Assembly: GCA_964016885.1 (NCBI GenBank)
Contig: OZ024740.1
Location: 259,470,001 to 259,534,000 of the forward strand
Source: Eledone cirrhosa
Lineage: Eukaryota
Length of the DNA stretch: 64,000 nt
Direction of reading: 5' to 3'
Of this stretch, positions 1 through 13,587 are shown in pieces. How positions within the stretch are numbered: position 1 is the first letter of the stretch; each line of letters opens with the position of its first letter. The position numbers were made by a program, and so were the translations under genes. The notes below the pieces were generated by a model. The model saw nothing but the letters and a program-made list of their open reading frames with translations, was not told the DNA's origin and made no database searches.

Positions 1-568
1 CACGCTAGCATGGGTTAGACGGGTTGTCCTGTTGTGGGCAGTGTCTGGTCGGCTGACCATGCCTTGCTCATACAGGAACTGATCTGGCTTGATTTCTACA
101 GCTGGATGCCCTTCCTAACACCAACCTCATTTACAGTGAGTGCTGGGTGCTTTTTCGTGGCGCCTACACGTCCACTTTACAGTGTGGGCTGGGTGCTTTT
201 TTGCCGTGGCACCTCCACGACCACCTTGCGGTGGGGGGGGGGGGGGGCATATTGTTTATATGCTTCAGCATGTACCCATGGGAGGTCGGGTACCCTGTAT
301 TACTGCGTGACGCCAGAAGTCACGGTCGTGTGTCATTGACTTTGAGAGGTGTAGTTGGGTAAGGTCGGCTTTTATCACCTCATCCCAAGTCATCTTGGGT
401 CTCCCCACTCCGCGGTTTCCATCAACTTCTAGTGCTCTGCACCTTTTTATGCAGCTGTCATCCTTCATACGCATCACATGTCCATACCAGCGTAACCGCC
501 TCTCCTGCACGCAGCATTTGATTCCTCTTATGCTCAGTCTCTCTCCCAATTCATTTATGCTCTCAATT
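1..568 (-). mobile_element. RTE-clade LINE, 5'-truncated 3' fragment (RT C-terminus + 3' UTR)
   Basis: ORF 265..549(-) reads [12 protein letters not shown]...GRPKMTW, the typical RTE ORF C-terminus. Near-identical to 12282-12841. The 5' end runs into a TA array. Confidence 0.9.
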
Positions 569-672
569 CATATATGTATATATATGTATATATATATATG
601 TATATATATGTATATATATATGTATATATATATATATGTATATATATATGTATATATATATGTATATATATG

Positions 673-705
<33 letters not shown>

Positions 706-983
706 GTATATATGTATATATATGTATATATGTATATATATGTATATGTATATGTATATATATATATGTATACATATATATATGTATATATGTATATATA
801 TGTATATGTATATGTATATATATATATGTATACATATATATATGTATATGTATACATATATATATGTATATGTATACATATATATATGTATATGTATACA
901 TATATATATGTATATGTATACATATGTATATGTATACATATATATATGTATATGTATACATATATATATGTATATGTATACAT

Positions 984-1015
<32 letters not shown>

Positions 1016-1044
1016 GTATACATATATATATGTATATATATATG

Positions 1045-1075
<31 letters not shown>

Positions 1076-1142
1076 GTATATATATATGTATATATATATA
1101 TGTATATATATATATATGTATATATATGTGTATATATATGTA
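569..1142. repeat. Degenerate (TA)n/(TATATG)n array with internal 22-bp TATGTATATGTATACATATATA units
   Basis: Seen directly. Confidence 0.95.
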
Positions 1143-1773
1143 TCACCAGTTGGTGCTACTGGTAACATGTATCCCAGTACAACCTGTCTCATGGTCGGGT
1201 CGTTGGCGACTAAACTGGCAACCCCACCAACGTTTCTTGGTGAGGAGGGTGACTTTGGACATCCTGCAGGACTAAAAACAAAACCTGTCAAAGGCCAAAG
1301 GAGCTCTTAAGAGTCAATGGCCATCCAAAATCACCGGGAGAGATGACCCCTTTAGCCTTAGTCAAGGCAGAATTCTAGGAGAAGGAAAACTCTGATATAA
1401 CACCTGCAACCCTGATGGTATCCAATGATGTTGACTTGTTCTTCTTTTTGGTAAATAGCATCTTGGTTAAGAGAGTGGGACTGGCTTTGTGCAGTGCCTT
1501 TGCTCACTATAAAAGCTTCACGGCACAGGCATTGCTTTATATCTGGAGATCTCTCTGCACTTGTCCTCACATGGGCCCAGCACTATGTGTCAATAATTGT
1601 CCTACCATGGGCCTAGCACTATGTGTCAATAATTGTCACAGGTGTAGTGTTTGTACCAGAGGTTTCAAGTCGCTGGCTGGACTAAAAAGTCACACTCGTT
1701 CAGCGCTTCGGTAGGGGTTATCCTACATGGATGTAAAGTAGTGGCCGTACTCGAAAACGAGTTGGCAGCCACC
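1143..1773 (+). mobile_element. Non-autonomous bipartite RTE-derived element (RTE-like 5' UTR fused to ORF-terminal C2H2 finger and 3' tail), copy 1
   Basis: Three ~600-bp copies (1143, 8086, 37158). Contains AGGAGAAGGAAAACTCTGA, a motif I recall from RTE 5' UTRs. Encodes [17 protein letters not shown] near the 3' end, then hairpin ACTCG-AAAA-CGAGT and GCAGCCACCA into a TA array. Confidence 0.7.
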
Positions 1774-1787
1774 ATATATATGTATAT

Positions 1788-1833
<46 letters not shown>

Positions 1834-1893
1834 GTATATATATGTATATGTATATATGTATATATATGTATATGTATATGTATGTATATATGT

Positions 1894-1939
<46 letters not shown>

Positions 1940-2290
1940 ATATATGTATATATGTATATATATGTATATATATATGTATATGTATATATGTATATATATG
2001 TATATATATATGTATATGTATATATATATATGTATACATATATATATGTATATGTATACATATATATATGTATATGTATACATATATATACGTATATGTA
2101 TACATATATATATGTATATGTATACATATATATATGTATATGTATACATATATATATGTATATGTATATGTATACATATATATATGTATATGTATACATA
2201 TATATATGTATATGTATACATATATATATGTATATGTATATGTATATATATATATATATGTATACATATATATATATGTATATATATATG

Positions 2291-2343
<53 letters not shown>

Positions 2344-2356
2344 GTATATATATATG

Positions 2357-2387
<31 letters not shown>

Positions 2388-2388
2388 G

Positions 2389-2420
<32 letters not shown>

Positions 2421-2460
2421 TGTATATATATAGGTATATATATGTATATATATATATGTA
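1774..2460. repeat. Degenerate (TA)n/(TATATG)n array sharing the 22-bp unit of 569-1142
   Basis: Seen directly. Confidence 0.95.
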
Positions 2461-2750
2461 GATGAAAACTACTATGAAATCCCACAATTAATTTTATACT
2501 TGAATTTTCAAATCTCAAATTTTAACTCTTCGTATTGTTAATTTTTCTTAATATTAATCAACATTTGAAAAGATGGCTTTTGCAGACCCATCGAAACTGG
2601 TCATTTTTTATACCCTTTATTATTTCCTTACCTTATAAAATTATATCTTTTTTCACAAAAAAGTATTCCGTCTATTATATATTCCATGTGCCATTACCAA
2701 CCTCAATTTTCTCTATAACCTTCGTTTTGTGTAGAAAATTACACTTTTCA

Positions 2751-2770
2751 TATATATGTATATATATATG

Positions 2771-2801
<31 letters not shown>

Positions 2802-3282
2802 GTATATATATATGTATATATATATGTATATATCTATATATATATATATGTATATATGTATATATATATATATGTATATGTATATATGTATATATATATG
2901 TATATATATATGTATATATCTATATATGTATATATATATGTATATATCTATATATGTATATATATATGTATATATCTATATATGTATATATATATGTATA
3001 TATCTATATATGTATATATATATGTATATATCTATATATGTATATATATATATATGTATATGTATATATATATATGTATATATATGTATATATATATGTA
3101 TATATATATGTATATATATATGTATATATATGTATATATATATGTATATATATATATATGTATATATATGTATATGTATATATATGTATGTACATATATA
3201 TATATATATGTATATATATATGTATATATATGTATATGTATATATATGTATATATATATATGTATATGTATATATATATATG

Positions 3283-3315
<33 letters not shown>

Positions 3316-3322
3316 GTATATA

Positions 3323-3361
<39 letters not shown>

Positions 3362-3512
3362 GTATATATGTATATATATATATGTATATGTATATATGTA
3401 TATATATATATGTATATGTATATATGTATATATATATATGTATATATATATGTATATATATGTATATATGTATATGTATATGTATATATATGTATATGTA
3501 TATGTATATATG

Positions 3513-3559
<47 letters not shown>

Positions 3560-3752
3560 GTATATATATATATGTATATGTATATATATGTATATATATA
3601 TATATATGTATATGTATAGATATATGTATATATATATGTATATGTATATATATGTATGTATATATATATATATATGTGTATATATATATGTATATATATG
3701 TATATATATATATATATGTATATATATATGTATATATATATGTATATATATG

Positions 3753-3787
<35 letters not shown>

Positions 3788-3950
3788 GTATATATATATA
3801 TGTATATATATATGTATATATATATATGTATATATGTATATATATATGTATATATATATATATATGTATATATATATGTATATATATATGTATATATATA
3901 TGTATATATATATATATATGTATATATATATGTATATATATATGTATATA

Positions 3951-4001
<51 letters not shown>

Positions 4002-4054
4002 GTATATATGTATATATATATGTATATATATATATATATGTATATATGTATATG

Positions 4055-4115
<61 letters not shown>

Positions 4116-4200
4116 GTATATGTATATATATATGTATATGTATATATATATGTATATATATATGTATATGTATATATATATGTATATATATATGTATATA

Positions 4201-4232
<32 letters not shown>
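2751..4232. repeat. ~1.5-kb degenerate (TA)n/(TATATG)n array
   Basis: Seen directly. Confidence 0.95.
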
Positions 4233-4239
<7 letters not shown>

Positions 4240-4517
4240 ATACTTTGGGAGGGTCATGTTGCCAATAAGAAACACACGCACCAGTTGCTTTCACTTCAAT
4301 TTATTATATATTTATAAATTTACAAATTTACAAACTTATAAATTTCTGGTTGGTTGGTTGGTTCCACAACCAGATAGTTGTTTATATATATAGTCATAGT
4401 CCTTTCGTCACACACTCTGTGACCTCATATTGGCAACATGACCCTCCCAAAGTATAACAATATCGGTTTCAACACACGAATTCAGATAAAGAATCTTGCT
4501 AAACAAATTCAGAAACG
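4233..4517 (-). mobile_element. Short PLE 3' fragment with inverted 5' copy (fold-back); hammerhead truncated
   Basis: Same family as 24144-24483, 54418-55027 and 62645-63051. Inversion junction at ~4426 cuts the hammerhead core. Confidence 0.75.
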
Positions 4518-4554
4518 TAATATATATATATGTATATATATATATATGTATATA

Positions 4555-4605
<51 letters not shown>

Positions 4606-4624
4606 GTATATGTATATATATATG

Positions 4625-4657
<33 letters not shown>

Positions 4658-4801
4658 GTATATGTATGTATATATATATGTATATGTATGTATATATATA
4701 TGTATATATATATATGTTTATTTATATATATATATATATGTATATATATATGTATATGTATATATATATGTATATATATATGTATATGTATATATATATG
4801 T

Positions 4802-6338
4802 ATCATCATCATCATCATCATCATCAACGTTTAACGTCCGTGTTCCACGCTTGCATGGGTTTGGACGGGGGTAGTCCCACTTGAGGCAAGAGTGATTGTC
4901 TTGCTCGCATAGGACTGTCTGGCAGGTTTTCTACAGTTGGATGCCCTTCCTAACACCAACCACATTTACAGTGTGGGTCTGGGAGGTTTTTACCGTGTTG
5001 CCTACACGGCCACATTACAGCGTGGACTGTGTGTTTTTTTGTCGTGACACCTACACGATCTCATTTGTTTCAGCCTGGATGGTGTGGCACCAACATAACT
5101 TTACATAGAACGAGGTGTCGTGGATGGGGTGGTGGTACGGGGCGGGGGGGTATTTTGTTAGAGATGCCTACTGGCTGTAGTAGGTTTTACTATGTATTTA
5201 GGTAAGGCGGGTCTTCTCTGTTACTGAGTACCGCCAAAGGTCTCGGTCCAGTGACATTGTCTTGGAGAGGTGTAAGTGTGTGAGGTCGGAGTTTATCAGC
5301 TCGTCCCAGGTTTTTCTAGGTCTGCCTATTCCGTGGCTACCGTCTATCTTTATTGCCCTGCACTTTGTTATACAGCTATCGACTTTCATGCGCATCATGT
5401 GTCCGTACCAACGTAGCCTTCTCTTGAGTAAACAACATCTGATCCCTCTTATTTCTAATTTTTTCCTTAGTTCGTTTATGCTTTGCCGTTCACGTATATT
5501 ACTGTTACACATCCAGCGGAGCATGCAAGCTTCGTTCCTCTCTAGTCTGCGTATATCCTCTGCACACAATGCCCAGGTCTCACTGCCATGCAACATTACT
5601 GTTCGTATGCAGGCATCGTACAACCTGCCTTTCATTTTTAGGGAGAACCCTTTAGCAGCTAATAGTGGTATAAGCTCTCTGAACTTTTTCCAACCAGTTC
5701 TAACTCTAGCTACTGTACTTTCAGAGCACCCTCCCCCACTGCTGATTTTATCACCCAGGTAACGGAAACTGTCCTCTATTTCTATAGAACCCTCTGCGCA
5801 ATTGAAAGAGCTAGTATTTTGTGGGCACTTGCTGCTACTTATTGCACCAGAGCACCGGCCACATGTAAAATCTATGTTCTTAGTTAGCTTACCTGTGATC
5901 CCACTACATCTTTTATGCACCCATACTTTGCATTTAGGACATAAAATGGAGTTTCTACCTACGCCTTTCCTACACACCGAGCACGACCATTTCCCAGAAG
6001 GGACCGCCGCCTTATTTTCTTTCCTACAAACTAGAACTTTAGTCTTAGCCAGGTTAATTTTAAGGCCTTTTGATTCTAGGCCGTGCTTCCATGTTTGGAA
6101 TTTCTTCTCTAGCTCGGTCATTGATTCCGCTATGAGTGTCAGGTCGTCTGCGTATAGGAGTTCCCATGGGCAGCCGGTCTTGAACTCCTCTGTTATAGCC
6201 TGAAGGGCAATAATAAATAGTAGGGGGCTGAGAACAGAGCCCTGATGTACGCCAACTTTTACGCTAAACTCTTCACTATATTCGTTGTTAATTCTAACCT
6301 TGCTGACTGTTTCTTTATACATGGCTTGTATAGCTCTC
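4802..6338 (-). mobile_element. RTE-clade LINE, 5'-truncated (RT, PHD-like finger, 3' UTR, (ATG)n tail)
   Basis: ORF 5198..6340(-), 380 aa, with [20 protein letters not shown] and RLRWYGH. (CAT)n tail on + at 4802-4824. Confidence 0.93.
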
Positions 6339-6340
6339 AC

Positions 6341-6347
6341 AATATAT

Positions 6348-6393
<46 letters not shown>

Positions 6394-6824
6394 GTATATA
6401 TATATATGTATATGTATATATATATGTATATATATATATATGTATATGTATATATATATATATGTATATGTATATATATGTATATGTATATATATGTATA
6501 TGTATATATATATATGTATATATATATGTATATATATGTATATATATATGTATGTATATATATGTATAGATATGTATATATATGTATAGATATGTATATA
6601 TATATATGTATATATATATATGTATATGTATATATATGTATATATATGTATATATATGTATATGTATATATATGTATATATATATATGTATGTATATATA
6701 TGTATATATATGTATATATATATATATATGTATAGATATGTATATATATATATATATATATGTATATATTTATATATATGTATATATATGTATAGATATG
6801 TATATATAGATATGTATATATATG

Positions 6825-6905
<81 letters not shown>

Positions 6906-6927
6906 GCATATGTATATATATATATGC

Positions 6928-6961
<34 letters not shown>

Positions 6962-7042
6962 GTATAGAAATGTATATATATATATGTATATATATATATG
7001 TATATATATATATGTATATATATATATATGTATATATATATG

Positions 7043-7105
<63 letters not shown>

Positions 7106-7253
7106 GTATGTATATGTATATATATATGTATGTATATGTATATATATATGTATGTATATGTATATATATATGTATATATATATGTATATATATATGTATA
7201 TATATGTATATGTATATGTATATATATGTATATATATATGTATATATATGTAT

Positions 7254-7285
<32 letters not shown>

Positions 7286-7558
7286 GTATGTATATATGTA
7301 TATATATATGTATATATGTATATATATATATGTATATGTATATATATATGTATATATATATATGTATATGTATATATATATGTATATATGTATATATATA
7401 TCTATATGTATATATATATGTATATATATATGTATATGTATATATATATGTATATGTATGTATATATATGTATATATGTATGTATATATATATGTATATA
7501 TATATGTATATGTATATATATATATGTATATATATATATGCATATGTATATATATATG

Positions 7559-7606
<48 letters not shown>

Positions 7607-7704
7607 CATATATATATATATGCATATGTGTATATATGTATATATGTATATATATATATGTATATGTATATATATATGCATATGTATATATATATATGTA
7701 TATG
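6341..7704. repeat. ~1.36-kb degenerate (TA)n/(TATATG)n array
   Basis: Seen directly. Confidence 0.95.
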
Positions 7705-7851
7705 AATTAGTTTAGCGTATATTGAGGACCGAGTAAGTTAGATCGCAGATATAAAAGACAGCAAGAAGCGAAAACCAACCGAACAGTGAGTGTGTTCTGT
7801 TATTAATTCTGGCAATATTACGCAAATATGACCCTCCCCAAGTATAACAAT
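7705..7851 (+). mobile_element. Probable 3' tip of a related PLE family
   Basis: Ends in ATGACCCTCCCCAAGTATAACAATA, nearly identical to the terminus of the 54418-55027 family, but has unrelated upstream sequence. Confidence 0.5.
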
Positions 7852-8085
7852 ATATGTATATGTATATATATGTATATAAATATGCATATGTATATATATA
7901 TATATATGTATATGTATATATATATGCATATGTATATATATATATGTATATATATATATATGTATATATATATATGTATATGTATATGTATATATATATA
8001 TGTATATATATATGTATATGTATATATATATATGTATATATATATGCATATGTATATATATATGTATATATATATATGCATATGT

Positions 8086-8684
8086 CAGGTCACCAGTTGG
8101 TGCTACTGGTAACATGTATCCCAGTACAACCTGTCTCATGGTCGGGTCGTTGGCGACTAAACTGGCAACCCCACCAAGGTTTCTTGGTGAGGAGGGTGAC
8201 TTTGGACATCCTGCAGGACTAAAAACAAAACCTGTCAAAGGTCAAAGGAGCTCTTAAGAGTCAATGTCCATCCAAAATCACCGGGAGAGATGACCCCTTA
8301 GCCTTAGTCAAGGTAGAATTCTAGGAGAAGGAAAACTCTGATATAACACCTGCAACCCTGATGATATCCAATGATGTTGACTTGTTCTTCTTTTTGGTAA
8401 ATATCATCTTGGTTAAGAGAGTGGGACTGGCTTTGTGCAGTGCCTTTGCTCACTATAAAAGCTTCACGGCACAGGCATTGCTTTATATCTGGAGATCTCT
8501 CTGCATTTGTCGTCACATGGTACCAGCACTATGTGTCAATAATTGTCACAAGTGTAGTGTTTGTACCAGAGTTTTGAAGTCGCTGGTTAGACTAAAAAGT
8601 CACACTCGTTCAGCGTATCGGTAGGGGTTCTCCTACATGGATATAAAGTAGTGGCCGTACTCGAAAACGAGTTGGCAGCCACCA
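8086..8684 (+). mobile_element. Bipartite RTE-derived non-autonomous element, copy 2
   Basis: Highly similar to 1143-1773; flanked by TA arrays. Confidence 0.7.
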
Positions 8685-8985
8685 TATATATGCATATGTA
8701 TATATATATGTATATATATATATGCATATGTATATATATATGTATATATATATATGCATATATATATATGTATATATATATATATATGTATATATATATG
8801 TATATGTATATATATATATGTATATATATATGCATATGTATATATATATGTATATATATATATGCATATGTATATATATATGTATATATATATATGCATA
8901 TGTATATATATATGTATATGTATATATATATGTATTATATATTTGTATATGTACATATATATTTGTATATATATGTACATATATA

Positions 8986-11900
8986 TGGGTGCTTTTTCAT
9001 GGTGCCTACACGTCCACTTTATAGTGTGGGATGGGTGCTTTTTTTTGCCGTGGGGGGTGTGGGGGCATATTGTCTATATGCTTCAGCTTCTACTCATGGG
9101 AGGTCGGGTACTCTGTATTACTGCGTGACGCCAGAGGTCACGGTCATGTGTCATCGCCTTTGAGAAGTGTAATTGGGTAAGGTCGGCTTTTATCACCTCA
9201 TCCCAGCTCATCTTGGGTCTCCCCACTCCGCGGTTTCCATCGACTTCTGGTGCTCTGCACCTTTTTATGCAGCTGTCATCCTTCATACGCATCACATGTC
9301 CGTACCAATGCAACCGCCTCTCCTGCACACAGCATTTGATTCCTCTTATGCTCAGTCTCTCTCTCAATTCATTTATTTTATGTCGTTCGCGTATATTACT
9401 GTTACACATCCAACGTAACATGCAGGCTTCGTTTCTCTCTAATCTACGTAAGTCTTCCACCTTCAGCGCCCAGGTTTCACTACCATGCAACGTCCCTGTT
9501 CGGATACACGCATCATACAGTCTGCCTTTCATTTTGAGGGAAAAGCCTTTTGCAGCTAGCAGTGGTTGTAGTTCCCTGAACTTCTTCCATCCTGTTCTTA
9601 CCCTAGTTATTGTACTTTCTGAACACCCACCTCCACTGCTAATTCGGTCACCTAGGTAGCAGAAGCTGTCTACTGTTTCTACAGAGTCCTCCCAGAGATT
9701 GGTGGTACTTGTTTCCTGTGGCTGTTTGCTGCTTGCTGTCCCAGCATATCTGCTGCATGTGAAGCCTACATTCTTAATTAAGCTTCCTGAGATCCCACTA
9801 CATATCTTGTGTACCCATTGTTTGTATTTGGGGCAGAGAATGGAGTTCCTACCTACACCTTTCCTACATACTGAGCAAGGCCATTTCCCTGAGGGAATCT
9901 GGGTTCTGTTTTCTCGTCTACTTACAAGGACCTTAGTCTTTGTCATGTTGACTTTGAGACCCTTTCTTTCTAGTCCCTGCTTCTAAGTTTGGAATTTCTT
10001 CTCTAGTTCTACCATAGATTCAGCTATAAGTGCGAGGTCATCAGCATACAGGAGTTCCCATGGGCATCCGGTCTTAAACTCCTCCGTTATTGCCTGCAGG
10101 ACTATGATGAACAGGAGGGGGCTAAGAACAGAGCCCTGGTGGACCCCAACCTGTACGCTAAATTCCTCGCTATACTCATTGCTAATCCTAACTTTGCTGA
10201 CTGCTCCCCTATACATGGCTTGTAGCGCTTTCACAAGCCATTCATCTACTCCTAGTTTTCTAAGAACCCACCAGATTACAGCACGTGGAACTCTGTCAAA
10301 GGCTTTCTCAAGATCGACAAATGCCAGGTAGAGTGGCTTACTTTTAGCTAAGGTACTTTTCCTGTAACTGCCTGACAAGGAAGAGGGCATCAGTGGTGCC
10401 TCTTCCTGGTACAAACCCAAATTGCATCTCGTCTAGTTTCACCCGGTCCCTAATCAACTGTGCTATAACTCTTTCTGTTACTTTCATGACCTGGTCCATC
10501 AGCTTTATACCTCTATAGTTTCCTCTATCTAGTGCATCACCTTTGCCTTTGTAGCAGTTGACAATGATGCTACTGCACCAATCTTTTGGTATGACACCTT
10601 CTAGTATTACCTGGTTACCAATACGTGTGGTTATAGTGTGACCTACAGACCCAGATGCCTTCAGCATTTCGGCAGCTATACCCGATGGACCGGTTGCCTT
10701 CCCCATCTTCATATCTTTGATTGCCTTACTTACTACGCTGCTGCTGACTTGTACTGCTGGGCCCTCTATAGGGTCTACTTGGGGTAGGGTCTCTTCTTCC
10801 CATGCATTCTCCTCATTTAGTAATCTATCATAATGACTCTTCCATGCATCTTTCTTCTCAGCAAGCCACCTTTATCATTCCGGATATACTTCTCTCCAAT
10901 GACATCACAACTCTCTCTGACACACTGTCTCGCAATCTTGAACACCTCCTGTTTCTGGTCCTCACATTGCAAAACAAGCTTGAATTTTCTATCCTCTGCT
11001 TCCCTCCTAGCTAAGTATACTTGTCGCCTAGCTTCCCTCTTGGTCTCTATGTAATGTACCCTGCTCCCCCCGTTCTTCAATTCTTTCCATGCCTGTCTCT
11101 TGGCCTTAACTGCCTCATCTACCTTATTGTTCCACCACCAAGTCACTCTCCTCCTGCTTGTGGTCTTACTCCAGCCACAGACCTCATCCGTCGCCTCTAG
11201 TAAGTTATTTTTTAGGAACTCCCAGTTCTCTTCTACATTGAATGTCTCTATCTGTTCTTCTTTTCTGTCGTAGGCGTTGAGTAAAATATCTTTAAATCTG
11301 TTACTGGTTGAGAGGTCTTTCAGCTTCCAGATCTTTCTTCTCCAGGTTGGCCTCTGTTTCCAGGTTCGTCTATTTCTGACTGTGAGGTCGCTGACAACTA
11401 AGCTATGTTGGGATGTACATTCCTCACTAGGGAAGGCTTTTGTGTTTACGACCGTCCATCTGTCACGTCCTCTGATGTTGATAAAATCTATCTGACTAGA
11501 ATGCTCCCCTGATCTATAAGTGATCAGGTGGTTGTCGGGTTTTTGAAGTTTGTGTTACATATCAATATGTCATTGGCGTCGCAGAATTCTAGAAGTCTGA
11601 ATCCTTCCTCATTTCTTGTGCCAACCCCATGGCCTCCATGGACTCTATTGAAGCCGTCGCAGTGTTTACCTACGTGTCCGTTAAAATCTCCTGTGATGAT
11701 TAGGAAGTCATTGTCGTTTGTTAGTGCAGTAGTGTGCATTAGGGACTCGTAAAACCTATGCTTAAGTTCGTCTGGCAACCCCGATTGGGGTGCGTAAGTT
11801 GATATTATTGTGGTAATTGTTTTATTCAGGACTAGTCTGAGTTTAATGATTCTTGCATTTACCCTGTACACTGAGATTACTTTATCTACCCACTTGTCAG

Positions 11901-12032
11901 CTAGTAGTATACCTACACCACCCATCCCATCGTCATTTCCCACCCAGAAAAATTTGTAGCACCAACTTTTTCCTACAAGGACTCTAGCAGACTCTCCTCT
12001 CCATCTAGTCTCTTGCACACAACATACATCAA
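8986..12032 (-). mobile_element. RTE-clade LINE, near-complete frameshifted ORF (APE endonuclease + RT + PHD-like finger)
   Basis: ORFs 11524..12144 (DVCCVQETRW, GDFNGHVG), 10344..10712 (NYRGIKL, QFGF), 9983..10420 (FVDLEKAFD, YADD) and 9083..9946. Both ends abut microsatellites. Confidence 0.93.
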
Positions 12033-12252
12033 TATGTATGTATATTTGTATATGTACATATATATTTGTATATATATGTATATATATATAAAATAAAAAA
12101 GTTCTGTTCGCATGCCAACACAAGAGCAAGAATGAAGTGTTCATTCTACTGACATGGCTATAAAATCGAGGCTTGTTTGCATAATTGCAAATGAATCAAA
12201 TGTTATTATTAATATTCGAAAAACTCAGATTACATTTATATATATATATATA

Positions 12253-13441
12253 TCATCATCACCGTTTTACGTCCGTTCTTCCACGCTAGCATGGGTTAGA
12301 CGGGTTGTCCTGTTGTGGGCAGTGTCTGGTCGGCTGACCATGCCTTGCTCATACAGGAACTGATCTGGCTTGATTTCTACAGCTGGATGCCCTTCCTAAC
12401 ACCAACCTCATTTACAGTGAGTGCTGGGTGCTTTTTCGTGGCGCCTACACGTCCACTTTACAGTGTGGGCTGGGTGCTTTTTTGCCGTGGCACCTCCACG
12501 ACCACCTTGCGGTGGGGGGGGGGGGGGCATATTGTTTATATGCTTCAGCATGTACCCATGGGAGGTCGGGTACCCTCTATTACTGCGTGACGCCAGAAGT
12601 CACGGTCGTGTGTCATTGACTTTGAGAGGTGTAGTTGGGTAAGGTCGGCTTTTATCACCTCATCCCAAGTCATCTTGGGTCTCCCCACTCCGCGGTTTCC
12701 ATCAACTTCTAGTGCTCTGCACCTTTTTATGCAGCTGTCATCCTTCATACGCATCACATGTCCATACCAGCGTAACCGCCTCTCCTGCACGCAGCATTTG
12801 ATTCCTCTTATGCTCAGTCTCTCTCTCAATTCATTTATGCTTTGTCGTTCACGTATATTACTGTTACACATCCATCGGAGCATGCAGGCTTCGTTTCTCT
12901 CTAATCTACGTAAGTCTTCCACCTTCAGCGCCCAGGTCTCACTACCATGCAACATCGCTGTTCGGATACACGCATCATACAGTCTGCCTTTCATTCTGAG
13001 GGAGAAGCCTTTTGCAGCTAGCAGTGGTAGTAGTTCCCTAAACTTCTTCCATCCCGTTCTTACCCTAGTTATTGTACTTTCTGAGCACCCACCTCCGTTG
13101 CTAATTCGGTCACCTAGGTAGCAGAAGCTGTCTACTGTTTCTACAGGGCCCTCCCAGAGATTGGTGGTACTTGTTTCCTGTGGCTGTTTGCTTGCTGTTT
13201 CAGCACAGCTGCTGCATGTGAATCCTACATTCTTAATTAAGCTTCCTGAGATCCCGCTACATCTCTTGTGTACCCATTGTTTGCATTTGGGGCAAAGAAT
13301 GGAGTTCCTACATACTGAGCAAGGCCATTTCCCTGAGGGGATCTGGGTTCTGTTTTCTCGTCTACTTATAAGGACCTTAGTCTTTGTCATGTTGACTTTG
13401 AGGCCCTTTCTCTCTAGTCCCTGCTTCCAGGTTTGGAATTT
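12253..13441 (-). mobile_element. RTE-clade LINE, 5'-truncated 3' part
   Basis: ORF 12545..13390(-), 281 aa; short (CAT)n tail at 12253. Confidence 0.92.
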
Positions 13442-13446
13442 ATTCT

Positions 13447-13505
<59 letters not shown>

Positions 13506-13513
13506 TAAAATAA

Positions 13514-13587
13514 CAGATTAAAGTTTAAGCAAAGAATCGCTGCTTTCACCCTTAACGGGATCTTCTGAAACTAACAAAGTCAATCTG
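13514..13587 (-). ncRNA. Hammerhead ribozyme-like motif, variant core CAGAAGA (3' pLTR)
   Basis: AGUUU-CAGAAGA-U-CCC(guuaa)GGG-U-GAAA-GCA...UGC-UU-AAACU; distal stem I CAGAUUGA/UUAAUCUG. Confidence 0.6.
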
